In this document: positions 8,700-21,605 of the stretch, piece by piece
Layout of the letters: every line of letters starts with the position of its first letter
Numbering within the stretch: the first letter of the stretch is position 1
Source: a virus
Taxonomy: Duplodnaviria; Heunggongvirae; Uroviricota; Caudoviricetes
Direction: 5' to 3' (one strand)
DNA: 44,339 nt
Virus record (IMG/VR): IMGVR_UViG_2923286960_000001
Position numbers and translations under genes: made by a program
Notes under the pieces: model-generated
The model's database searches: none
The model's input: only the letters and a program-made list of their open reading frames with translations
Told to the model about the DNA's origin: nothing

Positions 8700-9641
8700 A
8701 TGAGCACTAAATTAACCGGCTATGTATGGGATGGTTGCGCTGCATCAGGCATGAAATTATCCAGCGTGGCAATTATGGCCCGCCTGGCTGATTTCAGTAA
8801 TGACGAAGGTGTGTGCTGGCCATCAATTGAAACCATTGCCCGCCAGATTGGCGCGGGGATGAGTACCGTCAGAACGGCTATCGCATGGCTGGAAGCAGAA
8901 GGCTGGTTAACGCGTAGGGCGCGTCGCCAGGGTAACCGCAATGCGTCGAATGTTTATCAGCTTAACGTTGCGAAGCTTCAGGCAGCGGCATTTTCTCAAC
9001 TGTCAGATTCTGACCCGTCAAAATCTGACGCATCAAAATCTGACCCGTCAAAATTTGATGCGTCGAAATCTGGCAAAAAAGCGGGTTTTCACCCGTCAGA
9101 ATCTGGTGGGGATCCGTCAGTAAAATCAAAACATGATCCGTCAGATAAAAAAACTTCTCGTCCGGACGCTTCGCAACCGGACACGCAGACGGCTGAACAG
9201 GATTTTTTAACTCGCCATCCTGATGCGGTTGTATTCAGCCCTAAAAAGCGCCAGTGGGGGACGCAGGATGATTTGACCTGCGCACAGTGGCTCTGGAAAA
9301 AAATCATCGCCCTGTACGAGCATGCCGCCGAATGTGACGGCGAGGTGGTTCGTCCCAAAGAACCGAACTGGATAGCCTGGGCAAACGAAATTCGCCTGAT
9401 GTGTGTGCAGGATGGTCGTACTCATAAACAAATCTGCGAGATGTACAGCCGCGTCAGTCGCGATCCGTTCTGGTGCCGTAACGTGCTCAGCCCGTCGAAG
9501 CTGCGGGAAAAATGGGATGAGCTTTCCCTGCGCTTATCGCCGTCCGTCAGCACGTACACCGAAAAACGCGAAGACCCGTACTTCAAAGCCAGTTACGACA
9601 ACGTGGACTACAGCCAGATCCCGGCAGGATTCAGGGGGTGA
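8700..9641 (+). CDS. replication initiator (lambda O-like, N-terminal HTH; contains the origin iterons)
   Basis: 313-aa ORF; N-terminal HTH region (CWPSIETIARQIGAGMSTVRTAIAWLEAEGW); internal tandem repeats encode SKSD-type peptide repeats. Confidence 0.75.
   Translation: MSTKLTGYVWDGCAASGMKLSSVAIMARLADFSNDEGVCWPSIETIARQIGAGMSTVRTAIAWLEAEGWLTRRARRQGNRNASNVYQLNVAKLQAAAFSQLSDSDPSKSDASKSDPSKFDASKSGKKAGFHPSESGGDPSVKSKHDPSDKKTSRPDASQPDTQTAEQDFLTRHPDAVVFSPKKRQWGTQDDLTCAQWLWKKIIALYEHAAECDGEVVRPKEPNWIAWANEIRLMCVQDGRTHKQICEMYSRVSRDPFWCRNVLSPSKLREKWDELSLRLSPSVSTYTEKREDPYFKASYDNVDYSQIPAGFRG
9011..9070. repeat. four tandem 15-bp iterons (candidate ori) inside the O-like gene
   Basis: TGACCCGTCAAAATC / TGACGCATCAAAATC / TGACCCGTCAAAATT / TGATGCGTCGAAATC, followed by an A-rich stretch and degenerate copies to about 9140. 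Confidence 0.55.
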
Positions 9642-10132
9642 TCATGAGTCTTTTGAATGACGTTCAGAAATTCATTGAAGCCCATCCGGGGTGTACTTCC
9701 GGAGACATTGCGGATGCTTTTGCAGGTTACTCACGACAGCGCGTTCTGCAGTCAGCAAGCAAGTTACGTCAGAGTGGGCGTGTGGCTCACCGTTGTGAAG
9801 GGGATACACGCAGACATTTCCCGCGGCTGACTGAGATACCGCAGGAGCCGGAACCGCAACCAGTTCGTGAATCCAGACCTGTGCGCAATTTCTATGTCGG
9901 CACTAACGATCCCCGGGTGATTTTGTGCCTGACCCGCCAGGCGGAAGAACTGGAGTCCAGGGGCTTATACCGTCGTGCTGCAACGGTGTGGATGGCGGCA
10001 TTCCGTGAAAGCCACTCCCAGCAAGAGCGAAACAATTTTCTTGCGCGTCGTGAGCGGTGTTTACGGAAAAGCAGCAAGCGCGCTGTATCGGGTGAAGAGT
10101 GGTATCTGTCAGGGAATTACGTGGGGGCTTAA
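9638..10132 (+). CDS. PerC-family transcriptional activator-like protein (YfdN-like)
   Basis: 164 aa; motif LESRGLYRRAATVWMAAFRES recalled as PerC/Pch-like; coupled to neighbours. Confidence 0.6.
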   Translation: MIMSLLNDVQKFIEAHPGCTSGDIADAFAGYSRQRVLQSASKLRQSGRVAHRCEGDTRRHFPRLTEIPQEPEPQPVRESRPVRNFYVGTNDPRVILCLTRQAEELESRGLYRRAATVWMAAFRESHSQQERNNFLARRERCLRKSSKRAVSGEEWYLSGNYVGA

Positions 10133-10458
10133 TGACGACGTTAACTCAATGCCAGCAGCAGGTGCTGGATATGCTGATTTCTTACCAGAAAGAACGTGGC
10201 TTCCCGCCAACCAATCAGGAGGTGGCTACCATGCTGGGATACCGTTCAGTGAATGCAGCGGTGGAGCATCTTCGCGCACTGGAGAAAAAAGGCGTCATCA
10301 CGATAAAGCGTGGCGTGGCCCGGGGCATCACGCTTCATACCGCGGTGAAGGACGACGACAGCGAGGTGGCCGGGATTATCCGCGCACTGCTTGCTGGTGA
10401 GGAAAACGCCAGGCTGCGTGCAGCCCACTGGTTACATGAGAGGGGGCTGAAAGTATGA
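10132..10458 (+). CDS. LexA N-terminal DNA-binding-domain homologue lacking the S24 peptidase domain
   Basis: ATG overlaps the upstream stop (TAATG); sequence follows the LexA winged-helix pattern (LTxxQQxVLDxIxxxxxxxGxPPTxxEVAxxLGxRSxNAAxEHLxALxKKGVIxI ... RGI) with no Ser/Lys peptidase domain. Confidence 0.7.
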   Translation: MTTLTQCQQQVLDMLISYQKERGFPPTNQEVATMLGYRSVNAAVEHLRALEKKGVITIKRGVARGITLHTAVKDDDSEVAGIIRALLAGEENARLRAAHWLHERGLKV

Positions 10459-10844
10459 AGCTGATTCTGCCTTTTCCACCCAGCGTGAACACCTACTGGC
10501 GACACCCCAACAAAGTGGCATTTGCTGGTAAGAGCCTGATAAGCGCGGCGGGGCGAAAATTCCAGAGTGCGGCGTGCACAGCAATAGTTGAGCAGTTACG
10601 TCGTCTGCCGAAACCAACGTCGGCACCTGCTTCAGTGGAGATCGTGTTGTTTCCTCCGGATAACCGGATCCGCGATCTGGACAACTATAACAAGGCGCTG
10701 TTTGACGCCCTGACCCACGCGGGTGTGTGGGAAGACGACAGCCAGGTGAAAAGAATGCTGGTGGAGTGGGGACCGGTTATCCCGGAAGGGAAGGTCGAGA
10801 TCACTATCAGTAAGTACGAGAAAACGGCGGGTGCAGCCGCCTGA
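10455..10844 (+). CDS. rusA: RusA-family Holliday junction resolvase
   Basis: 129 aa, N-terminus MKLILPFPPSVNTYW, conserved acidic residues (DLDNYNKALFDAL). Confidence 0.85.
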   Translation: MKLILPFPPSVNTYWRHPNKVAFAGKSLISAAGRKFQSAACTAIVEQLRRLPKPTSAPASVEIVLFPPDNRIRDLDNYNKALFDALTHAGVWEDDSQVKRMLVEWGPVIPEGKVEITISKYEKTAGAAA

Positions 10845-10863
10845 TCAAGAGGAGAAACGAAGT

Positions 10864-11661
10864 ATGAATAATCTGATGGTCATTGATGGTATTGAAGTTC
10901 GTCGTGATGCTTATGGGCGTTACAGCCTGAACGATCTGCACAGGGCTGCCGGTTCTCTGGATAAGCATAAGCCTGCATTCTGGCTCCGCAATGAGCAAAC
11001 TGAACGTTTAATAAGCGAGTTGCAGATTTGCAACTCGGTCAATATAGAGCCAGTTAACGTTATTCGTGGCGGAAATAACCAGGGGACGTATGTCTGCAAA
11101 GAACTGGTGTATGCCTATGCAATGTGGATCAGCCCGTCATTCCATCTGAAGGTGATCCGTACTTTCGATATGGTAACCAGCGCATCGGAAAAATTATCCG
11201 GGCAGGCTGCTGACAAGATGCAGGCTGGCGTGATTCTGCTGGACTTTATGCGCCGGGAGTTAAACCTGTCTAACTCTTCAGTGCTTGGTGCCTGTCAGAA
11301 ACTCCAGGAGGCTGTTGGCTTACCGAATCTGGCACCGCGCTATGCCATTGATGCTCCTGCTGACGCGCCTGATGGCTCAAGCCGTCCCACGCTGTCACTG
11401 AGTGCACTGCTGAAGCAGTATGGTATCCGCCTGACAGCTAATCAGGCATATCACCAGATGGTGAAGCTGGGGATCGTCGAGCAGCGCGAACGATACAGCC
11501 GTACCGCGATTAACAACATCAAAAAATTCTGGTCGCTGACAGCGAAAGGCTGCATGTTCGGCAAGAACATCACCAGTCCCGCAAATCCGCGCGAGACGCA
11601 GCCGCATTTCTTCGAATCCCGATTCCCTGAGCTGTTAAAGCTGCTCGATACCGTTCATTGA
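10864..11661 (+). CDS. KilA-N domain protein (antirepressor-like)
   Basis: Start at MNNLMVIDG with GAGGAG 9 nt upstream; KilA-N-like N-terminal domain. Confidence 0.7.
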   Translation: MNNLMVIDGIEVRRDAYGRYSLNDLHRAAGSLDKHKPAFWLRNEQTERLISELQICNSVNIEPVNVIRGGNNQGTYVCKELVYAYAMWISPSFHLKVIRTFDMVTSASEKLSGQAADKMQAGVILLDFMRRELNLSNSSVLGACQKLQEAVGLPNLAPRYAIDAPADAPDGSSRPTLSLSALLKQYGIRLTANQAYHQMVKLGIVEQRERYSRTAINNIKKFWSLTAKGCMFGKNITSPANPRETQPHFFESRFPELLKLLDTVH

Positions 11662-11662
11662 G

Positions 11663-12658
11663 GTGACCGTGAGAGCGCTATTGACCCCTGAAATTGCCCC
11701 GCGTATGGGGATCGTATTGTTCAGGCCCGGTTCAGAGCTGATGCCCCTGTTTATGCAGGGGCGTGTACTGCTGGAGCCTGAGCCGGAGCATTATTCATCT
11801 TTCGCCAGTGGTGCCGTTCCCGCGGCATCACAACCGCTGGCGGATGATCCTGCCGTTCGGGCCGTGTTCCGTAATGAGGCAGTGATTCGTCGTGCTGGTG
11901 GGGTGGAATGTCTTGAAAGCTGGTTACTTCGTGAAAAAGGCTGCCAGTGGCCTCATTCCGACTGGCACAGCGAGAACATGACCACAATGCGACACGCGCC
12001 GGGCGCAATCCGTCTGTGTTGGCACTGCGATAATCAGTTACGTGATCAGTTCACGGAGCGGCTGGAATCAATGGCAACGGATAACTGTGCCCGTTGGGTG
12101 TTGTCTGTAGTCCGTCGGGATCTCGATTTTAATGATAACCATGCCGTGACAATGCCGGAACTGTGCTGGTGGCTGGTTCGTAATGACCTGGCGGATGCCT
12201 TACCGGAAAGCGCAGCCCGTAAGGCACTGAGATTACCGAAGTCTGTTTTGCCGTCTGTCACCCGGGAAAGTGACCTTGTGCCTTCGGTTCCTGCCACCAG
12301 CATTATCCAGGATAAAGCGAAAAAGGTGCTGGCGCTGAAAGTGGATCCGGAGTCGCCGGAGTCTTTTATGTTACGCCCCAAACGTCGTCGCTGGGTTAAT
12401 GAACAGTACACGCGCTGGGTTAAGACGCAGCCGTGTGCATGTTGTGGAAAGCCAGCTGATGATCCGCATCATCTGATAGGCCATGGTCAGGGTGGAATGG
12501 GTACAAAAGCGCATGACCTTTTTGTGCTGCCTTTGTGCAGAAAACACCACGACGAACTGCATGCGGATACCGTGGCATTTGAAGAGAAGTATGGCTCCCA
12601 GCTGGAGCTGATATTTCGTTTTATCGATCGCGCACTGGCGATTGGTGTGCTGGCCTGA
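11663..12658 (+). CDS. DUF968-like protein with C-terminal Cys/His (HNH-like) motif
   Basis: 331 aa, GTG start; C-terminus [18 protein letters not shown] ... CRKHHDELH. Confidence 0.65.
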   Translation: MTVRALLTPEIAPRMGIVLFRPGSELMPLFMQGRVLLEPEPEHYSSFASGAVPAASQPLADDPAVRAVFRNEAVIRRAGGVECLESWLLREKGCQWPHSDWHSENMTTMRHAPGAIRLCWHCDNQLRDQFTERLESMATDNCARWVLSVVRRDLDFNDNHAVTMPELCWWLVRNDLADALPESAARKALRLPKSVLPSVTRESDLVPSVPATSIIQDKAKKVLALKVDPESPESFMLRPKRRRWVNEQYTRWVKTQPCACCGKPADDPHHLIGHGQGGMGTKAHDLFVLPLCRKHHDELHADTVAFEEKYGSQLELIFRFIDRALAIGVLA

Positions 12659-12675
12659 TTTTGTGGAGAAAGTTA

Positions 12676-13059
12676 ATGCGTGATATTCAGATGGTTCTTG
12701 AACGTTGGGGAGCGTGGGCGGCTAATAATCATGAAGATGTGGCCTGGTCGTCCATTGCCGCCGGTTTTAAGGGATTAATTCCTTCAAAAGTAAAATCTCG
12801 CCCGCAATGTTGTGACGATGACGCGATGATCATTTGCGGGTGCATGGCCCGTCTGAAAAAGAACAACAGCGATTTACACGATTTATTAGTAGATTATTAT
12901 GTATGTGGTATGACATTCATGTCACTGGCAAGTAAGCATTGCTGCTCGGATGGTTATATCGGGAAAAGGTTACAGAAGGCTGAGGGCATAATTGAAGGGA
13001 TGTTAATGGCATTAGATATCCGGTTAGATATGGATATCGTTGCTAATAATTCTAATTGA
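12676..13059 (+). CDS. Q: late antiterminator Q (DLP12 QuuD-like)
   Basis: Start at [14 protein letters not shown] with GGAG upstream; Cys-rich core ([13 protein letters not shown]). Confidence 0.8.
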   Translation: MRDIQMVLERWGAWAANNHEDVAWSSIAAGFKGLIPSKVKSRPQCCDDDAMIICGCMARLKKNNSDLHDLLVDYYVCGMTFMSLASKHCCSDGYIGKRLQKAEGIIEGMLMALDIRLDMDIVANNSN

Positions 13060-13080
13060 TATGCAATTGTTTACTAAAAG

Positions 13081-13110
13081 TTATTAAAAATGGGGCGTGG
13101 AAACGCCCCC
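13081..13110 (-). terminator. intrinsic terminator about 140 nt downstream of the porin gene
   Basis: GGGGCGT-ggaa-ACGCCCC hairpin with a U-run on the minus strand. Confidence 0.4.
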
Positions 13111-13196
13111 AAAATAAAGGGTAATATATAACAGAAGGTTTATATAGTAAGAAGCAAGGTAGTGCTTCTAAAGGAAGTGGCTTGAGGGCTCCACTT

Positions 13197-13237
13197 ATAT
13201 GTTGCGGAGGCAAAGCCTCCCGCAACATATCTTTTTC
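13197..13237 (+). terminator. intrinsic terminator downstream of Q
   Basis: About 15-bp stem ATATGTTGCGGAGGC / GCCTCCCGCAACATAT then CTTTTTCG. Confidence 0.45.
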
Positions 13238-13247
13238 GTAAGTCAGA

Positions 13248-14330
13248 TTAGAACTGATAAACCAGACCTACAGCGACGATGTCGTCGGTATCAATACCAG
13301 CTGTTTTGGTAAACTTACTATCGTCAATTAAGTTGATTTTGTAATCAACAAAAGTAGACATGTTTTTATTAAAGTAGTAAGTAGCACCGACATCGACATA
13401 CTTGACTAAGTCTCGGTCACCATGAACACCAAGGTCTTTACCTTTTGACTGAAGGTAAGCAACAGATGGGCGCAGACCGAAGTCAAACTGATATTGTGCT
13501 ACTGCTTCAAAGTTTTGTGCTTTGTTTGCAATATGGTTATTACCAAAAACGGTCATATTCTGAGTTTCAGAATATGTGGTAGCCAGATAGATATTGTTCG
13601 CATCATATTTCAGGCCTGCAGCCCATACTTCCGCATTTTTGCCGGAGGCATTGAATTTGCTCTTACCATAGGCGACCTGACCGTCAGTGCGATCTGATTT
13701 AGCATAGGTTGCACCCACGCCGAATCCTTCATACTCATAAGTAGTGGAGAAACCGAAACCATCACCATTGGCTTCAGTTACGTCAGTGCGGTCATTTTTA
13801 CCCTGATACTGAGCAGCAAAGTTCAGGCCATCGACCAGACCAAAGAAGTCGTTGTTACGATAAGTTGCAACACCAGTAGTGCGACCAGTCATGAACACAT
13901 CTGTTTGGGTCCAGGTATCACCACCGAATTCTGGCAGAACGTCAGTCCACGCACCGATGTCGTATGCTACACCGTAGTTACGGCCGTAATCGATGGAGCC
14001 GTAATCACCAAATTTCAGGCCTGCAAATGCAAGACGGGTTTTGTCTTTGGAAGAACCTTGAGATTCAGCACGGTTGCCTTTGAATTCATATTCCCACTGA
14101 CCGAAACCAGTCAGTTGATCGTTGATTTGGGTTTCACCTTTGAAGCCAAGACGGGCATAAGTAGTATCACCATCATCTGCATCATTAGAGGAGAAGTAGT
14201 GCTTGGCATTAACTTTCCCGTATAGATCCAGCTTGTTACTGTCTTTATTATAAATTTCAGCTGCCTGAGCAGACATCGCCATCAGTACTGATGCAGCTAC
14301 AGCAGAAATTGCCACTGTTAATTTTTTCAT
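13248..14330 (-). CDS. nmpC: general porin (OmpC/OmpF/NmpC family) moron
   Basis: Start at [23 protein letters not shown] signal peptide; beta-barrel composition; C-terminal Phe (VYQF); AT-rich upstream region. Confidence 0.85.
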   Translation of the reverse strand: MKKLTVAISAVAASVLMAMSAQAAEIYNKDSNKLDLYGKVNAKHYFSSNDADDGDTTYARLGFKGETQINDQLTGFGQWEYEFKGNRAESQGSSKDKTRLAFAGLKFGDYGSIDYGRNYGVAYDIGAWTDVLPEFGGDTWTQTDVFMTGRTTGVATYRNNDFFGLVDGLNFAAQYQGKNDRTDVTEANGDGFGFSTTYEYEGFGVGATYAKSDRTDGQVAYGKSKFNASGKNAEVWAAGLKYDANNIYLATTYSETQNMTVFGNNHIANKAQNFEAVAQYQFDFGLRPSVAYLQSKGKDLGVHGDRDLVKYVDVGATYYFNKNMSTFVDYKINLIDDSKFTKTAGIDTDDIVAVGLVYQF

Positions 14331-14756
14331 TGTACGCCCTTTTTTTGAACTATTATTAAAAAATGATGTCACTGCGCGATAAATATTCATCTAATCAATG
14401 TGATTATTTCAAGATGTAAGTTTTAGTTTCTCATTTAATTTGTGAAGTAGATCTCTATTTTTATCTGAACCTTTTCTATCTAATCCTATTCATGGCTCTT
14501 GTCTGAACAAAAATAAATCTATTAGCTAATTTATATTAATGGCACTTATTTATAAGTGCTCTATAATTCTTTAGCTTAATTTAAACAAACTAAAAATAAC
14601 ATCGGAAATTATTAACTGATTATTTGTTGAAGTTTTCTTATGTATTTGTGGTGGTGTTTTGAACACTCGGTGGCATTCTCACAAATATCATTTAGTAGTT
14701 TACGTACGTAAAAAATTGGTTATGCTGTTAAGAGTGGTTACTTCGTCACACAGCTT

Positions 14757-14789
14757 AAACCCGCCGTCGAGCGGGTTTTTCCATTTTTT
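14757..14789 (+). terminator. intrinsic terminator about 130 bp upstream of the holin (candidate tR')
   Basis: AAACCCGC-cgtcga-GCGGGTTT hairpin followed by TTCCATTTTTT. Confidence 0.45.
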
Positions 14790-14918
14790 GAGTCTCGATA
14801 TTAGCTGATAACCCAATACCTGAGTTATTCACTGACTCCGAATCTGTTACGTTTCTGCCTTTATTGCGATACGTAATATCCCCTTAATTTACACCCGCTT
14901 TGTCTGCGAGGTGGGGTT

Positions 14919-15134
14919 ATGAAATCCATGGATAAGTTAACAACGGGTGTCGCCTATGGCACCTCAGCAGGTAGTGCCGGTTACTGGTTTTTACAGCTGC
15001 TCGATAAAGTCACGCCCTCACAGTGGGCAGCAATAGGTGTGCTGGGTAGCCTGGTATTTGGCCTGCTGACGTACCTGACAAACCTTTATTTCAAGATTAA
15101 AGAAGATAAGCGCAAGGCTGCGAGAGGTGAATAA
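14919..15134 (+). CDS. S: class II holin (S21-type) with dual-start MKSM motif
   Basis: 71 aa, two TM segments, charged C-terminus; immediately precedes the endolysin. Confidence 0.85.
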
Positions 15135-15631
15135 TGCCTCCATCATTACGAAAAGCCGTTGCTGCTGCTATTGGTGGCGGAGCAATTGCTATAGCATCAG
15201 TGTTAATCACTGGCCCAAGTGGTAACGATGGTCTGGAAGGTGTCAGCTACATACCATACAAAGATATTGTTGGTGTATGGACTGTATGTCACGGGCATAC
15301 AGGAAAAGACATCATGCTCGGTAAAACGTATACCAAAGCAGAATGCAAAGCCCTCCTGAATAAAGACCTTGCCACGGTCGCCAGACAAATTAACCCGTAC
15401 ATCAAAGTCGATATACCGGAAACAATGCGCGGCGCTCTTTACTCATTCGTTTACAACGTGGGTGCTGGCAATTTCAGAACATCGACGCTTCTTCGCAAAA
15501 TAAACCAGGGCGATATCAAAGGCGCATGTGATCAGCTACGTCGCTGGACATATGCTGGCGGTAAGCAATGGAAAGGTCTCATGACTCGTCGTGAGATTGA
15601 GCGTGAAATCTGTTTGTGGGGTCAGCAATGA
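15134..15631 (+). CDS. R: SAR endolysin (phage lysozyme)
   Basis: 165 aa; N-terminal Gly/Ala-rich signal-anchor-release domain; start overlaps the holin stop. Confidence 0.9.
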   Translation: MPPSLRKAVAAAIGGGAIAIASVLITGPSGNDGLEGVSYIPYKDIVGVWTVCHGHTGKDIMLGKTYTKAECKALLNKDLATVARQINPYIKVDIPETMRGALYSFVYNVGAGNFRTSTLLRKINQGDIKGACDQLRRWTYAGGKQWKGLMTRREIEREICLWGQQ

Positions 15632-16089
15632 ACAGAGTAACCGCGATTATCTCCGCTCTGGTTATCTGCATCATCGTCTGCCTGTCATGGGCTGTTAATC
15701 ATTACCGTGATAACGCCATTACCTACAAAGCCCAGCGCGACAAAAATGCCAGAGAACTGAAGCTGGCGAACGCGGCAATTACTGACATGCAGATGCGTCA
15801 GCGTGATGTTGCTGCGCTCGATGCAAAATACACGAAGGAGTTAGCTGATGCGAAAGCTGAAAATGATGCTCTGCGTGATGATGTTGCCGCTGGTCGTCGT
15901 CGGTTGCACATCAAAGCAGTCTGTCAGTCAGTGCGTGAAGCCACCACCGCCTCCGGCGTGGATAATGCAGCCTCCCCCCGACTGGCAGACACCGCTGAAC
16001 GGGATTATTTCACCCTCAGAGAGAGGCTGATCACTATGCAAAAACAACTGGAAGGAACCCAGAAGTATATTAATGAGCAGTGCAGATAG
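15628..16089 (+). CDS. Rz: i-spanin Rz
   Basis: ATG overlaps the endolysin stop (ATGA); N-terminal TM segment then coiled-coil periplasmic domain. Confidence 0.8.
   Translation: MNRVTAIISALVICIIVCLSWAVNHYRDNAITYKAQRDKNARELKLANAAITDMQMRQRDVAALDAKYTKELADAKAENDALRDDVAAGRRRLHIKAVCQSVREATTASGVDNAASPRLADTAERDYFTLRERLITMQKQLEGTQKYINEQCR
15848..16030 (+). CDS. Rz1: o-spanin Rz1, embedded in Rz in the +1 frame
   Basis: 60-aa ORF with lipobox LVVVGC and a proline run (PPPPPAW). Confidence 0.8.
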   Translation: MRKLKMMLCVMMLPLVVVGCTSKQSVSQCVKPPPPPAWIMQPPPDWQTPLNGIISPSERG

Positions 16090-16120
16090 AGCTGCCCATA
16101 TCGATGGGCAACTCATGCAA

Positions 16121-16414
16121 TTATTGTGAGCAATACACACGCGCTTCCAGCGGAGTATAAATGCCTAAAGTAATAAAACCGAGAAATCCATTTACGAATG
16201 TTTGCTGGGTTTCTGTTTTAACAACATTTTCTGCGCCGCCACAAATTTTGGCTGCATCAACAGTTTTCTCCTGTCCAATTCCCGAAACGAAGAAATGATG
16301 GGTGATGGTTTCCTTTGGTGTTACTGCTGTCGGTTTGTTTCCAACAGTAAACGTCTGTTGAGCACATCCTGTAATAAGCATTGCCAGAGCGGCAGAAAAC
16401 AACATTTTTTTCAT
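16121..16414 (-). CDS. bor: Bor-family outer-membrane lipoprotein
   Basis: Start at MKKMLFSAALAMLITGC (lipobox); 97 aa. Confidence 0.85.
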   Translation of the reverse strand: MKKMLFSAALAMLITGCAQQTFTVGNKPTAVTPKETITHHFFVSGIGQEKTVDAAKICGGAENVVKTETQQTFVNGFLGFITLGIYTPLEARVYCSQ

Positions 16415-16774
16415 CTTATTATCCTGCATTGTTAAAAACGGCAGAATCCTATGTGACAACAATTAAACGATAGTTAAATGGATTGATGAAAATTAAAACT
16501 ATATAGGTGGATGCTCAGCCTATTGGAGGAGGGGGGGCACTCAGAATCCTGTGGAATGAAATAAACCGCTCTATCTGTCCATTACCCTTTTAGCTGCGCT
16601 GTATCGTCGCCGTATTCCCGCATTAACCATGACCGTAGCCCGACGGGGAATTCCTTCTGCGTGAGTGTACGGGAATAATCAAAAACGATGCACACCGGGT
16701 TTTACTGTGCTGACAGACGCAGGGTTACCCTCATAGTCGCTTTTCCGGTGCGATGGTGGAAGAAACCGGGATGT

Positions 16775-16969
16775 TCATCCATCATCACTTTGGATTGATG
16801 TATATGCTCTCTTTTCTGACGTTAGTCTCCGACGGCAGGCTTCAATGACCCAGGCTGAGAAATTCCCAGACCCTTTTTGCTCAAGAGCGATGTTAATTTG
16901 TTCAATCATTTGGTTAGGAAAGCGGATGTTGCGGGTTGTTGTTCTGCGGGTTCTGTTCTTCGTTGACAT
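16775..16969 (-). CDS. small basic protein (64 aa), possibly ribbon-helix-helix DNA-binding
   Basis: ORF only; basic N-terminus then IRFPNQMIEQINIALEQK pattern. Confidence 0.35.
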   Translation of the reverse strand: MSTKNRTRRTTTRNIRFPNQMIEQINIALEQKGSGNFSAWVIEACRRRLTSEKRAYTSIQSDDG

Positions 16970-17167
16970 GAGGTTGCCCCGTATTCAGTGTCGCTGATTT
17001 GTATTGTCTGAAGTTGTTTTTACGTTAAGTTGATGCAGATCAATTAATACGATACCTGCGTCATAATTGATTATTTGACGTGGTTTGATGGCGTAGATGC
17101 ACGTTGTGACATGTAGATGATAATTATTATCATTTTGCGGGTCCTTTCCGGCGATCCGACAGGTTAC

Positions 17168-17179
17168 GGGGCGGCGACC
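17168..17179. other. cosN cohesive-end sequence (GGGCGGCGACCT); cosQ/cosB flank it from about 17100 to 17350
   Basis: Exact lambda cohesive-end 12-mer, followed by lambda-like cosB up to the Nu1 start. Confidence 0.8.
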
Positions 17180-17357
17180 TCGCGGGTTTTCGCTATTTAT
17201 GAAAAATTTCCGGTTTAAGGCGTATCCGTTCTTCTTCGTCATAACTTAATGTTTTTATTTAAAATACCCTCTGAAAAGAAAGGAAACGACAGGTGCTGAA
17301 AGCGAGCTTTTTGGCCTCTGTCGTTTCCTTTCTCTGTTTTTGTCCGTGGAATGAACA

Positions 17358-17877
17358 ATGGAAGTCAACAAAAAGCAGCTGGCTGACATTTTCGGTGCGA
17401 GTATCCGTACCATCCAGAACTGGCAGGAACAGGGAATGCCCGTTCTGCGAGGCGGTGGCAAGGGTAATGAGGTGCTTTATGACTCTGCCGCCGTCATAAA
17501 ATGGTATGCCGAAAGGGATGCTGAAATTGAGAACGAAAAGCTGCGCCGGGAGGTTGAAGAACTGCGGCAGGCCAGCGAGGCAGATCTCCAGCCAGGAACT
17601 ATTGAGTACGAACGCCATCGACTTACGCGTGCGCAGGCCGACGCACAGGAACTGAAGAATGCCAGAGACTCCGCTGAAGTGGTGGAAACCGCATTCTGTA
17701 CTTTCGTGCTGTCGCGGATCGCAGGTGAAATTGCCAGTATTCTCGACGGGATCCCCCTGTCGGTGCAGCGGCGTTTTCCGGAACTGGAAAACCGACATGT
17801 TGATTTCCTGAAACGGGATATCATCAAAGCCATGAACAAAGCAGCCGCGCTGGATGAACTGATACCGGGGTTGCTGA

Positions 17878-17903
<26 letters not shown>
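17358..17903 (+). CDS. nu1: terminase small subunit Nu1
   Basis: 181-aa translation matches lambda Nu1 essentially throughout, from memory. Confidence 0.95.

Positions 17904-21585
<3,682 letters not shown>

Positions 21586-21605
<20 letters not shown>

Noticed and set aside
16985-17242. 85-aa minus-strand ORF just left of cos
   Set aside because: Overlaps the cos region, no SD, low-complexity; the 16463-17350 interval looks like degraded non-coding sequence plus cos.
17255-17839. Minus-strand ORFs (179 aa, 120 aa) overlapping Nu1
   Set aside because: Antisense to the well-supported Nu1 gene.
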